Assembly (NCBI GenBank): GCA_963765575.1
Contig: CAVXWZ010000001.1
Span: forward strand, 352,001 to 416,000
Length of the DNA stretch: 64,000 nucleotides
Source of the DNA: an uncultured cyanobacterium
GTDB lineage: Bacteria; Cyanobacteriota; Cyanobacteriia; PCC-6307; Cyanobiaceae
Direction: 5' to 3'
Shown here: one piece after another, positions 40,342-52,511 of the stretch
Layout: every line of letters starts with the position of its first letter
Numbering within the stretch: the first letter of the stretch is position 1
Notes under the pieces: model-generated
Databases searched by the model: none
What the model saw: only the letters and a program-made list of their open reading frames with translations
What the model was told of the DNA's origin: nothing
Program-made: the position numbers and the translations under genes

Positions 40342-43300
40342 CCACAAATTTCGCCCAGCTGCGCCCTTACGACGAGCAGCTTTTCCGGCTGGGTGTGCTG
40401 GCCGAGCGCTATTTCCCCGAGGATCCCAATACAGCGCTCATCAAACTGCGCCAGCTCGGCGAGCGGTTGGCCCAGCAGGTGGCGTCCCGGTTTGGGGTGT
40501 TCACCAGCCTTGAAGAATCACAGCTGGCCCTGATCCGCCGGCTGGAGCTGGAGGGACTGATCGAGCGGGAGGTGGCCGGCCTCTTCCACGATCTGCGCAA
40601 GACCGGCAATGCGGCCACCCATGGGCTCCAGGGCGACCATGCCAGTGCCTTGAGCACCTTGAAGATTGCCTGGCAGCTGGGGGTGTGGTTCCACCGCACG
40701 TTTGGTGATCCGGAGTTCCGCAGCGGTCCCTTTCGGCCTCCCCAGCCGCCCGTTGATGAGAGCGAGGAACTGAGCCAGGAGCTGGCACGTCTGCAGAGTG
40801 CGCTCGACGCCTTTCGGGCGAACGAGACGGCGATGGCCGAGCAGCTCAGTGCCGCTGAAGCCCAGCTGCAGCAGGCCCTGGGCGAGCAGCAGCAATGGGA
40901 ACAACTGGCCGAGCAGGTGGAGGCCGACAAGGCAGCCCTCGCTGCCCAGCTGCAGGAGCTGCAGAGCGCTGCCGCCCAGCAACCAGCAGCCGTGACTTCA
41001 GGCCTGCGGCAGGCAGCGCGCACGGCCGCCGCCGCGATCGAGCTGGATGAGGCCGCCACCCGCCAGCTGATTGATGAGCAGCTGCGGGCAGCCGGGTGGG
41101 AGGCGGATACCCAAGCGCTGCGGTACGGAGCGGGGGCTCGGCCGCAGAAGAACCGCAATCTCGCCATTGCCGAGTGGCCCACCCGCAGCGGCCCGGCCGA
41201 CTACGTGCTGTTTGTGGGGCTCACGGCCATCGCGGCGGTGGAGGCCAAACGGGCCAACAAGGATGTGGCGGGCGTGCTGCCCCAGGCCCAGCGCTACTGC
41301 CGCGATTTCCAGCCCAGCAGCGACACTGGAGGAGCCCAGCCAACCGTGGGGCCCTGATGGGGAGTACCGCATCCCCTTCGCCTTCTCCAGCAACGGCCGG
41401 CCGTTTCTGCAGCAGCTGCGCACCAAAAGCGGGATCTGGTTTCGGGATCTACGCCGCAGCGAGCAACCTGGCCGTTCCCCTCGACGGCTGGTATTCCCCG
41501 GAAGGGCTGAGGGAGCTCGCCCGGCAGGACGTGGCCGGCGCCGATGCGCAGCTGCGCCGGGAGGCCTTCAGCTACGGCTTTCCGCTGCGCCCCTACCAGC
41601 GGCGGGCGATCGAGGCCACCGAAGCGGCGATCGCCGCAGGCCAGCGGGAGCTGCTGCTGGCGATGGCCACCGGCACCGGCAAAACCAAAACCTGCATCGC
41701 CCTGATCTACCGGCTGCTCAAGACGGGGCGCTTCCGGCGGGTGCTGTTTCTGGTGGATCGCTCGGAACTGGGCACCCAGGCCGCCGATGCCTTCAAGGAA
41801 ACGCGGATGGAGAGCCTGCAGAGCTTCGCCGACATCTACGGCATCAAGGAACTGGGCGAGCGCGAGGCCGAATCCGACACCAAGGTGCACATCGCCACCG
41901 TGCAGGCGATGGTGCAGCGGCTGCTGCTCGGCAGCGAGGAAGACAAGCCCACGGTGGACACCTACGACCTGATCGTGGTGGACGAATGCCACCGGGGCTA
42001 CCTGCTGGATCGGGAGCTCAGCGATCGGGAACTGCGCTTCCGGGATTTCAACGACTATGTGTCGAAGTACCGGCGGGTGCTGGAGCGGTTTGATGCCGTG
42101 AAGATCGGCCTCACGGCCACGCCGGCCCTGCACACGGTGGAGATCTTCGGGCAGCCGGTGTTTGTGTACAGCTACCGCGAGGCGGTGGTGGATGGCTACC
42201 TGGTGGATCACGAACCACCGATCCTGATCTCCACGGAGCTCTCCAGCGAAGGCATCCGCTGGGCCGCAGGAGAGGAGGTGAAAACCTACGACCCCGGCAC
42301 GGCCCAGATCGAGCTGTTCACCACGCCCGATGAGCTGCGCTTCGAGGTGGAGGCGTTCAACCGCCAGGTGATCACCGAACCCTTCAACCGGGTGGTGTGT
42401 GAGGTGCTGGCGAAGGAGCTGGATCCACTCTCGCCGCACAAAACCCTGATCTTCTGCGCCACCGATGCCCACGCCGATCTGGTGGTGCTGCTGCTCAAGG
42501 AAGCGTTTCGGGAGCATTACGGCGAGGTGGCCGATGACGCGGTGGCCAAGATCACCGGCGCCAGCGACAGGCCGAAGGAGCTGATCCGCCGCTACAAGAA
42601 CGAAGCCTTCCCCAATGTGGCCGTCACGGTGGATCTGCTGAGCACCGGGGTGGATGTGCCGGCCATCGGCAACATCGTGTTCCTGCGGCGCATGAACAGC
42701 CGCATCCTGTATGACCAGATGATCGGCCGTGCCACCCGCCTGTGCGAAGCGATCGGCAAGGACAGCTTCCGCATCTTTGATGCCGTGGGCATCTACCAGG
42801 CCCTGCAGAACTTCACCCAGATGCAGCCGGTGGTGGCGAACCCGAAGATCAGCTTCAGCCAGCTGCTCGGTGAACTGGAGAGCACCGGCGAGGAGGAGAG
42901 TGAGCTGGTGCGCGAGCAGCTGATCGCCAAGCTGCGCCGCAAGCAACGGCACCTGAGCGAGAACGCCGAAGCGCGGTTCCGGCTGCTCACCGGCGATGAA
43001 CCTGCCGCCTTCATCAGCCGCCTGCAGCAGCTGCCGATCGCCGAGGCGCGCCGCTGGCTGGGCACGATCAACGGCCTGGGCGAGCTGCTCGATGAGCAAT
43101 GGCAGGGGCCTGCCCAGCCCCAGTTCGTGTCGGAGCACGACGACGAGCTGCGCGCCATCGAGCGGGGCTATGGCGACGCCACCCGCCCGGAGGACTACCT
43201 GGAGGGCTTCACCGCCTTCGTGCGCGATCCCGGCAACGATCTACCGGCCCTCACCACGGTGCTGCAACGGCCGTGGGAGCTCAGCCGCAAGGATCTGCGG

Positions 43301-43696
43301 GAGCTGAAGCTGGCCCTCGATCAGCGCGGCTACAGCGAAGCCACCCTGGCCACCGCCTGGCGGGAAACCACCAACCAGGACATGGCCGCCTCGATCATGG
43401 GCTACATCCGCCAGGCGGCCCTGGGTGATCCGCTGGTGCCCTATGAGCAGCGGGTGGAGCGGGCCCTGCAGCGGATCCTGGCCTCGCGGGCCTGGACCAC
43501 GCCCCAGCGCCAATGGCTGCAGCGCATCGCCAACCAGACCAAAGCGATCACGATCGTGGACCGTGAAGCCCTCGACGACGACGCCCTGCTGTTCCGCCGC
43601 GAGGGGGGCGGCTGGCCACGGCTGAACAAGCTCTTCGGCGGCGAGCTGGAGACGGTGCTGCACCGCTTCCAGGAAGCGGTGTGGGAGGCGGCTTGA
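40338..43696 (+). CDS. hsdR: Type I restriction subunit R (EcoKI-like), frameshifts near 41330 and 41460
   Basis: GPADYVLF...VEAKR, MATGTGKT, DECHRGY, GLTATP, LLSTGVDVP, QMIGRATR. Confidence 0.92.
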
Positions 43697-43766
43697 CCCG
43701 CTGTACCACGGCTTCATCAAAGCCCACGTGCCGCATGGGCACGCCAAACGGTGGTATCATCAACGG

Positions 43767-44045
43767 GTGATCAGGTCGTTTCGTTGCCGAGACACCCTTG
43801 CGCTCTTCGAGGGTCGGCCGGTGAGGCGCTTCGGCAGCATCGCCCGCGTGGCTTGCCGCAAGCTGGCCATCCTCGATGCCGCCGGCTGCCTCAACGATCT
43901 GATGATTCCGCCAGGCAACCGCCTGGAGCCGCTCCGCGGAGACCGCCATGGCCAGCACAGCATCCGCATCAACGATCAGTTCCGGCTCTGCTTCGTCTGG
44001 ACGGAAGCCGGCCCAGAGGAGGTTGAAATCGTTGACTACCACTGA
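43767..44045 (+). CDS. higB: HigB (RelE-family) toxin
   Basis: IRSFRC...PPGNRLEPLRGDRHGQHSIRINDQFRLCFVW...EIVDYH. Confidence 0.9.
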   Translation: MIRSFRCRDTLALFEGRPVRRFGSIARVACRKLAILDAAGCLNDLMIPPGNRLEPLRGDRHGQHSIRINDQFRLCFVWTEAGPEEVEIVDYH

Positions 44046-44331
44046 ATTGATGCTGGTGCCCCCGGGTGAGGTGCTGCTGGAGGAGTTCCTGCGGCCGATG
44101 GGAGTCAGCCAGTACCGGCTGGCCCTGGCCATCGGCGTGCCGGAGAGCCGCATCAACGCGATCGTGAAGGGGCGGCGGGCGATCACCGCCGACACCGATC
44201 TGCGCCTTTGCCGGTTTTTTGGCCTCAGCGAGGGCTTCTGGCTGCGGATGCAGGCCAGCCATGACCTGAAGCTGGCCAAGCAGGCACTGGCCAGTGTTCT
44301 GCCAGCGATCGAGCCGTTGCAGCACGCCTGA
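44032..44331 (+). CDS. higA: HigA antitoxin (HTH)
   Basis: PGEVLLEEFL.PMGVSQYRLA...GRRAITADTDLRL..FFG.SEGFWLRMQ. Confidence 0.9.
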   Translation: MTTTELMLVPPGEVLLEEFLRPMGVSQYRLALAIGVPESRINAIVKGRRAITADTDLRLCRFFGLSEGFWLRMQASHDLKLAKQALASVLPAIEPLQHA

Positions 44332-44369
44332 TCTAGTCTTGGTATCGACCGTCTTGGAAGGCCAGAGCG

Positions 44370-44630
44370 ATGCGCGCCAAGCTCTTCCGCAACGGCCGCA
44401 GCCAGGCGGTGCGCCTGCCGGCTGCCTTTCGCTTCGAGGGAACGGAAGTGGAGATCGAGCGCGACCCGGAAACCGGCGCCGTGGTGCTGACGCCGGTGCG
44501 GCCATCGGCCCGTGCCTTGCTGGAGCTCAGGGATGCGTTGCTGCAGGAGCCTGGCTTCCGGGCCGAACTGGATGCGTTGTTCGAGGGGTTGCACGACACC
44601 CGTCCTGCCGAACCGGTGGACTTCCCCTGA
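44370..44630 (+). CDS. vapB: VapB antitoxin (AbrB fold)
   Basis: AKLFRNGRSQAVRLPAAFRF. Confidence 0.9.
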   Translation: MRAKLFRNGRSQAVRLPAAFRFEGTEVEIERDPETGAVVLTPVRPSARALLELRDALLQEPGFRAELDALFEGLHDTRPAEPVDFP

Positions 44631-45040
44631 TGGCTGCGGGGAACGAGAGGTTGATGCTGGACACCAACGCCATGAGCGCCTTTCTCAAACGACGCTCGCC
44701 ACGACTGGATGCCTGGGTGCGTGAGCAACGTTGTTGCCTGTCCGCCATTGTGGTGGCCGAGATCCGCTACGGGCTGGAGAAGCTGCCGCCCACTTCGCGG
44801 ATGCAGACGCGGTTACAAGAGCTGGCGGAGGCCACCCTCGAGACCCTGGAGATCCTGCCCTGGTCGGAAGCGTGCACGAGGATCTACGGCCGGCTGCGCG
44901 CCGATCTCGAACGCCATGGCAAGCCTCTGGCGGTGATGGATCTGCTGATCGCCAGCCATGCCCTCAGCGAAGGCTGCGCCCTGGTGACGGCCGATCAGGC
45001 CTTCGCCAACGTGGCCGAACTCCACCTGGAGGCCTGGTGA
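44630..45040 (+). CDS. vapC: VapC PIN-domain toxin
   Basis: MLDTN, AEIRYG, MDLLIASHA, LVTAD. Confidence 0.9.
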   Translation: MAAGNERLMLDTNAMSAFLKRRSPRLDAWVREQRCCLSAIVVAEIRYGLEKLPPTSRMQTRLQELAEATLETLEILPWSEACTRIYGRLRADLERHGKPLAVMDLLIASHALSEGCALVTADQAFANVAELHLEAW

Positions 45041-46504
45041 TGGCAGGCACCACCACCCACGACATCGTCGCCAAGCTCTGGAACCTCTGCAATGTGCTGA
45101 AGGACGACGGGGTGACGTACCACCAGTACGTGACGGAGCTCACCTATCTGTTGTTCCTGAAGATGGCGAAGGAAACCGGCACCGAAGCCGGGATCCCCGA
45201 GGAGTGGCGCTGGGATGCGCTGGAGCCGCTCAAGGGCCTCAAGCAGCTGGAGCACTACAAGCTGCTGCTGCTGGAGCTGGGCAGTTCCAGCAGCGGCAGC
45301 TCGATGCTGGTGCAGGAGATCTTCGCGAATGCCACCTCCTTCATCCGCAAGCCCGTCACGCTGAACAAGCTGGTGGAGGAGATCGACAAGCTGGATTGGT
45401 ACAGCGCCCGCCAGGAGGGCCTGGGCGATCTGTATGAGGGGCTGCTGCAGAAGAACGCCGAGGAGAAGAAATCCGGGGCGGGGCAGTACTTCACGCCCCG
45501 GCCGCTGATCGATGCGATGGTGGCGGTGATGCAGCCGCGGCTGGGGGATGTGATCCAGGATCCGGCGGCGGGCACCGGCGGCTTTCTGATTGCGGCCCAG
45601 CACTGGATCCGCGAACACCAGGACATCAGCGAGCTGGATGAGGCGCAGCAGAAGCGCTTCTACCAGAGCACCTTCTACGGCATGGAGCACGTGCAGGACA
45701 CGCACCGCCTGGCGCTGATGAACCTGATGCTGCACGGGCTGGATTCGGTGCAGGGCGAAGGCGGCATCCGCTATGGCGACACCCTCAGCAGCGATGGCGA
45801 GGGGCTGCCGAAGGCCAGCTTGATCCTCACCAATCCGCCCTTCGGCACCAAGAAGGGCGGCGGCCTGCCCAGCCGCAAGGATTTCACCTTCCCCACCAGC
45901 AACAAGCAGTTCTGCTTCCTGCAGCACATCTACCGGGCGCTGCAACCCGGCGGCCGGGCGGCGGTGGTGCTGCCCGACAACGTGCTGTTCGAAGGCAACG
46001 TGGGCAAGCAGATCCGCGCCGATCTGATGGACAAGTGCAACCTGCACACGATCCTGCGCCTGCCCACCGGCATCTTCTACGCCCAGGGCGTGAAGACCAA
46101 CGTGCTGTTCTTCACCCGCGGCAGCAGCGAGAAGGGCAACACCAAGGAGGTGTGGGTGTACGACCTGCGGGCCAACATGCCGGCCTTCGGCAAGCGCACG
46201 CCCCTCACCCGCGAGCATTTTGCGGACGTTCGAGGCGGCCTATGGCCCTGATCCGCTGGGGCTGGCCCCGCGCACGGCCACCGGGCCCGAGGGCCGCTGG
46301 CAATGCTTCAGCCGTGAGGAGATCGCCGCCCGGGGCGACAGCCTCGATCTGGCCTGGCTGAAGGACGACTCTGCCGAAGATGGCGCCGACCTGCCGGAGC
46401 CGGCGGTGCTGGCCCAGGAGGCGATGGTGGAGCTGGAAGGGGCGCTGGAGGATCTGCGGGCGATCCTGGCGGAGCTTGGGGAAGAGGTGGAGGAGTTGGT
46501 GTGA
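45040..46504 (+). CDS. hsdM: Type I methyltransferase subunit M, frameshift near 46230
   Basis: IVAKLWNLCNVLKDDG, GQYFTPR, DPAAGTGGF, NPPF, DSLDLAWLKD. Confidence 0.93.
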
Positions 46505-48086
46505 TGGAGGGGCGGGAGTTGCCGGTGGGGTGGGTCAAGCGCCCTAGCGCATGAGATTGGCTGATCTCGAGGCTGACGAGTTGATGCAAGCCAGGCATCA
46601 AGATCAGACTATGAGCATGACACCGTTCCTGCGATTATCGGCGATCCGAGTCAATGCTGATGAAGTCAAGCGAGATCGGATCAAGAAAGCAGAGGCTGTC
46701 CTGAGCTCGAGAGTTAGGCTGAGTTCATAGCGACATATGCTGACCTGCGTATGCAACGAGCTGGCGATGGACGGCTTGGGCAGATGCGGCATCCGCAGAT
46801 GCGCCATTCAGTCAGGATCGTTGCCTCGCTGACGAGCTCCAGCTAGACTGATCTGATGCGATTGTCATCGCTATGGTATCTGAGTCCTCGGCGAAGCAGA
46901 TGTCTGATGCATCAGCGCTGAAGCAGACAGAGGAGGCGCATCAACTCAGCACAAGCGCAAACTGAGTCGGAGCTTCAGTTCCCACTTGCCCCTCTCAACG
47001 AACAACGCCGCATCGCCGCCAAGCTCGACACCACCCTCGCCGCTGTCGATGCCTGCCGCCAGCGGCTCGATGGCGTGGCGGCGATCCTCAAGCGCTTTCG
47101 CCAGGCGGTGCTGGCGGCGGCGACGTCGGGGGAGTTGACGCGGGAGTGGAGGGAGGAGAGGGGGAAAGACATCTAGTTGGGAATGATGTTCAGCTGGCTG
47201 AGCATGCCGTACAGCATTGAACTGATGGAACATCGGCCAAATCCCAGAGATCGGAAGGCTCTGAAATACCCGTGCTTCCATGGGCAATCTGCAGGAAGGT
47301 GACGCTTGATGGCACTGAGTCTCGTCTACACCTCGGACCTTGGCTGAGATGCCAAAGAATGCTCGATGATGGACGATGTCCTCTTTCAATCGCACTAACT
47401 GGCCTGAGCTGGTCGGAAAGTCAGCCATCTTATCGCGGCGAAGAGACCTGTGATCTATGCGGGATATCTAATCCGAGTGCGCTGCCGCCCGATGCGCTGG
47501 ATACCAGAGTTCTTGAATCTGAGCTCTTAACAGTCCTGTCCGCGAGAGATTATTGCTGGCGAGTCAAGTCAGATGGCTGTCAGTCAGTCTAACATCAATC
47601 CAAGAAGCTTCGGCATACCCATTCCTTCTACCCTCAGTTGAAGAGCTGGAAGAAATCGTCCGCCGCGCCCAGGAACTCTTCTCCCTCGCCGACCAACTCG
47701 AAGCCAAGCTCACCGCCGCCCGCAGGATCGTCGATCGCCTCACGCCGGCCCTGCTGGCCAAGGCCTTCCGCGGCGAGCTGGTGCCCCAGGATCCCAACGA
47801 CGAACCGGCAAGCGTGCTGCTGGAGCGGATCCGGGCGGCCCGTCAGGCGGACAATGCTCGGGGGAAAACCATCCGGTCCAGGCGAACCATCACGAATCGA
47901 TCACGAACGAAGACCGTATCACCCACGAACATGCTCACACGCGATCAGATTGCCCAAAACCATCTCAGCTCCATCCTTAAGGAATGCGGATCTCTCTCGG
48001 CTGAGGCTCTTTTGAGTGCCTCTCAGCTCGAGATTGACGATTTCTACGATCAGCTGAGGGACGAAGAGTCACGGCTTCTTGCGTGA
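46504..48086 (+). CDS. hsdS: Type I specificity subunit S with C-terminal extension; both TRDs heavily frameshifted
   Basis: ELPVGW; PLNEQRRIAAKLD...KRFRQAVLAAATSGELTREWR; LLAKAFRGELVPQDPNDEPASVLLERI. Confidence 0.8.
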
Positions 48087-48134
48087 GAACCGCAGCGACT
48101 CTCCTGATAGCTCTCGGCTGATAGAGAGTGCCAC

Positions 48135-49711
48135 ATGAGACTCGATCGTCTAACTATCCCAAGTTATCGAAACCTTCAGTCCTTTACGCTCGATTTTGAT
48201 GAGTGCCAGGCGACGACGGTTTTGATCGGGCGAAACGGCTCGGGTAAATCTAATCTATTCGAAGCGATTGTGAGATCTTCCGAGAGCTTGAATCTGGTGG
48301 TCCGCCACCATTCGCCTACATGCTTGAGTATTCATGTCGTGATCATAAGATCAGGATTGACGCTGATCCTGGACGGGCAAACAAACGTCTCGCTATTTCT
48401 GTAGACGGCACGGGATGACTCAGTCAGCGTTTAAGCAAGGTCTCCAGATTACTGCCAACTACGTCTTCGCGTATTATTCGGGCTGGAGTAGCCGTTTAGA
48501 GCGCCACTTCGATCGACCAACCCGCAAACACTATACCGCCATCCTGAATGCTCGCCACAAGCAGCTTCCCCTACGAAGGATGTTTTTCTGCCGCAAGGAG
48601 TACAGTCAACTTGTCCTTCTGGCCTTCTTTCTTGAGAAGACGGCGGCGGCGCGTGATCTGCTTGAGAAGTATCTGGGAATCAAGGGTTTCGACTCAGCTC
48701 TTTTCGTGCTAAAGACCCCATGGTGGCGTGGAAGCGGGGCTCCAAAGAAAATTCAACTCGAAGAGGGGGATGCCCGATTCTGGTACGCGCGAGGTGCATT
48801 TAAGGACTTTCTTGATCGTCTTTGGGAATGTTCGCTAGCGCCAATCCGCAATAGCGAGACCGTGGACCGCGATGTCCGCAGGCAAGGTGAAGCAACCGAA
48901 AGGCTCTACTTGTTCGTCAAGAATGAGGACGGATCTTGGAGGGGCTTAAGCAAGGAGAATCTGATTCAAAGGATCTTTTCGGCTATCTAGAGAGCCTCTT
49001 CCTCTGTGACCTGATAGACGAAGTCCGGGTAACAGTCGAAAGAACTGATGGTACGCGTGTGAAGTTCACGCAGATGAGCGAAGGCGAGCAGCAGCTTCTC
49101 ACTGTCCTCGGCCTCCTTCTATTTACGCAAAATGATGAGTCGCTGTACCTGCTCGATGAGCCCGACACACACTAAACCCAGTTTGGACTTATGACTTTCT
49201 CAAGCTCCTCCAGGACAACATTCGGGCCGATAAGGGTCAGTTGCTCGTGGCAACTCACAACCCGCTGATGATTGGCAATCTGCGTAAGAACCAAGTGCGC
49301 ATTCTTTCCGTTCAAAACGAGATCGTCGTTTCGCGGGAACCCGAAGATGATCCGCTTGGGATTGGGGTTGAGGGTCTCCTTAAGTCGGAACTGTATGGAT
49401 TCGCTCAACCTCGCGCCTGAGATTCTGAACAGACTGGATCGCCACTACTTTCTTCTTGGAAAAGAGAGCCTTCTGACAGTGAGCAAGACGAGCTGAGAGA
49501 GCTCGCTGCAGAGCTTAATGAGCTTGGATAGTTCGCGTTCTACACCCAAACCCGTACTTTGAAAGCTTCGCTGGTGCTCTGGCACGCCGATGTCCCACAC
49601 GATGAGACCGTTATCACTAAGGCGGAGATCCAAGCGCAGGTTGAGGTGGCGAATGAGGTGTTAACTGAGTTAATCGAGGAAGAGAGGTCTCCCGAGAAGA
49701 TTAAGGCATGA
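48135..49711 (+). CDS. ABC-type ATPase (PtuA-like), multiple frameshifts
   Basis: GRNGSGKSN (Walker A), MSEGEQQ (signature), LLDEPDTH (Walker B/D-loop), ATHNP (H-loop). Confidence 0.8.
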
Positions 49712-50520
49712 GGCACATCCCGCTCCACGACAACTGCCCAGATCCCGAGTGGTGTGAACGGGCAGCCGACTCTTCTCGATCAGCTTAAGGCTGCACCTGA
49801 TATTGCGGCGCGTCATGAGCTTATTGATGGCAACAGCATCTCTTTGGCGCGAGCTAAAGGAATGGCTGCTTGCACTCTCCCATGGAAAGTGCTGGTTTTC
49901 TGAAGCGAAGGATTGTTTCAGCTACTGGGATGTGGAGCACTTATCGCCCGAAGAAGAGCGCGAGGAATGAGCGTGGCTACTTCTGGCGAAGGTTACTGGT
50001 GGCTAGCATTTGACTGGCACAACTATCGTATCTGCGGGAATGTCGGCAATCGAAAGAAAGGTGCATATTTCCCATTGCGTGACGGCTGTCCCCGTGTTGG
50101 GCCACTTGGTGACCTCCGGTACGAACAGCCACTGCTGCTTGATCCAGCTGATGAAGACGATCCCAATCTGCTCTTTTCAATCTCGAGGGGGAGGCGATAC
50201 CTGCGCCACATGTAACGATGCATGGGAGCGGGACCGAGTCATATATTCTGTAGAGATATAGGCTGGATTATCCACCACTTTTGACAGGCGAAAGTTGGTC
50301 TGGGCGAGTGCTGGAGCCAGGTCCAACATATCTTGCTGAGTTGGCGCTATATCAAGCTGATCCTACCAACGCGATCGCAAAAGAATCTTTGAAGAATGCA
50401 GCGAGGCACATTAGAGACATGATAAGAGCTGACAAGGAGTTTTCGTCTGTTGCTGAGAGCATGCATTCTGAGCAGCGGAGAAGAGAGGGTTACTTCTTTA
50501 TTGCAGAATTAATCCAATAG
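49708..50520 (+). CDS. HNH endonuclease (PtuB-like), multiple frameshifts
   Basis: KCWFSE...WDVEH..PKK, YWWLAFDWHNYRICGNVGNRKKGAYFPL, PLLLDP; ATG overlaps the ATPase stop. Confidence 0.75.
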
Positions 50521-51046
50521 TCTCCCGCCGAGGGCCTTGATTTCTCCTTCGCGCACAATCTTGTGGGTAACACAATTCGTTCTTATAGGAGCCTCCAAAT
50601 CGAGCCGGTTAGGCCGACGATGAGTCAGGCAGGCCTCATCCGTGGGGTTTGAATTGTTCGAGGTGCCCTTGTATCTATCGGCAATTGAATTCGCTTTCTC
50701 TCTCAGGGATTAACCCCTACCCATCTGGAGCGGATCCTGGTACCCTAGTCCGCAGCGCGCAGGCCCTCGCAAAGTGGACGGCGCAAGGCTGCTGGCAACT
50801 GGGAGCCGTTCGCTGTTGAGGCCACCCCTGAGGCGCCGGCTTCCTGATCACCCTGCCTTATCAGAACAGGTCGCGGATGCCGGGCGTCTTTCCTGGTGCA
50901 GCTCCTCTCCGACGCAGACCCCACCTATAGGTGCAGTGCTGTTGATGGATTCCTGGCGGTGGCTACGAAGGTTCAGTACTGCAAAGGCGCCTTGGCCTTT
51001 CCCAGTCCTACGGTGGCGTCAAAACTTGGCGTATGAAGTCTTCAGC

Positions 51047-51998
51047 GTGAAGCGTCATCGGCTGGTTCTGGAGGGGGGCGATGCTGAGGCGCTTCGCATC
51101 AGCGACGACCAACTCGCGGAGCTCCTGGCGGCTCTCAAGGAGGGGGCGCGCCTCGCGTTGCGCTTTCAGGCGGAGGGCATCAGCAGTCAAACGGGCCCCA
51201 GACCCCGCTGGCTGGAGGCCTGCACCAGCCATGTGATCACAGGCCTGAGCGCCGGCTCTGCGGTGCTGGAGCTTGAGGCGCCCACCCTGGAGGAGGCCGC
51301 CCCTGACGTCTTCCCGTCGACAGGCCAGTTCAGCCTGTTGGAGCAGGAGGAGCCCCCCGTTCCACAGGGCAGCACAGCCCTGGAGCTGTTCGCGGTGGTG
51401 CTCCGGCAGATTCAGCAGGGGGATGGCTCCACCCTGAAGGCCGATCGGGCACTCCTGGAGGGTTGCCTGCGCTTTGCCCGCGTGCCCGGTTGGATCCTTC
51501 AGCGGCATCAGCCTTGGGCCCATCGACGGCGAGGGCCCGCCCGTGACCCTCAAGGCCTCAGACATTCCCCTCATCGAGGCGTTGGTGCAGCAGACGCCCC
51601 TCCCCCAGGCCATCCGCTTCACCGCCAAGCTCGACACCATCTCCTCCACCAGGCCGTCGGTCACCCTGCTGAGCGACGACGGCGAGAAGATCCTGGCCAG
51701 GCTTCCGGGCAGCGTCACCACCGAGGAGTTGCGGACCCTGTTCGGGCAACGCGTGATGGTGGCAGGCATTGGCCACTACCGCCCATCGGGACGCGTGCAA
51801 CAGATTGCCATCAGTCAGATCCACCTGGCTGCGGCATCTGATGAGCTATTCAGCGAAACTCCCCGGGCGTGGGGCTCAACACCTCTGTTTGCGCCCGCCA
51901 CTCAGGAGCCTGGATCCGGTGTCGCGAACTTCTTCGGCACCTGGCCAGGGGAAGAGTCTGACGACGAACTCACGGCTGCCCTTTCCGCCATTCGATGA
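51047..51998 (+). CDS. Uncharacterised protein of about 315 aa upstream of a PIN gene, frameshift near 51490
   Basis: Joins ORF segments MKRHRLVLEGG... and ...FFGTWPGEESDDELTAALSAIR; stop overlaps the PIN start. Confidence 0.6.
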
Positions 51999-52440
51999 CG
52001 GCGGCCACAAGCCCCGGGAGGCCCTTCCTGCTCGACACCAGCGTGATTCTCCATCTGGTGCGGGGGAATGCTCTCGGGCAGCAGATACGAGACACCTATG
52101 ACTTGCTTCACTGCCAGCCTCGGCCTTTGGTCTGTGTGGTGAGCCTGGCCGAGGCGCGGGTGCTGGCGGAAACCAATGGCTGGGGAGACGCCAAACGCAA
52201 TGCCCTGGACACAGCCTTCCGCTCCCTGACGGTGGTGAACATCAACCATCCCACAGTGATCGAGGCCTATGTGAAACTCGATCTTCATGCCCGTTCCCAT
52301 CCGCTCGGGGCACGCAGGATGGGCAAAAACGATCTGTGGATTGCTGCGACTGCCGTTGCCGCTGATGCTTTCTTGCTGACGACGGACAAAGACTTTGAAT
52401 GCCTGATCCCATCCCATGTTCAAGGACAGGTGATTTCTGC
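51995..52440 (+). CDS. PIN-domain (VapC-like) protein, 3' end uncertain
   Basis: LLDTSVI, SLAE, KNDLWIAATA, LTTDKDF. Confidence 0.85.
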
Positions 52441-52511
52441 ACAGTTGGCGTTTGGAGTTCACATCCTGCCGATACGCCGGTGGCACTGGCAAGAGCAGCC
52501 GCTCCAGCCCC

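Noticed and set aside
48135..50520. Retron-associated PtuAB system
   Set aside because: No reverse transcriptase gene or msr/msd-like region seen in the window.
50565..50616. TAAC...GTTAGGC resembling an attC site
   Set aside because: The left end (GGGTAAC) is not complementary to GTTAGGC beyond four bases, and no internal pairing is evident.
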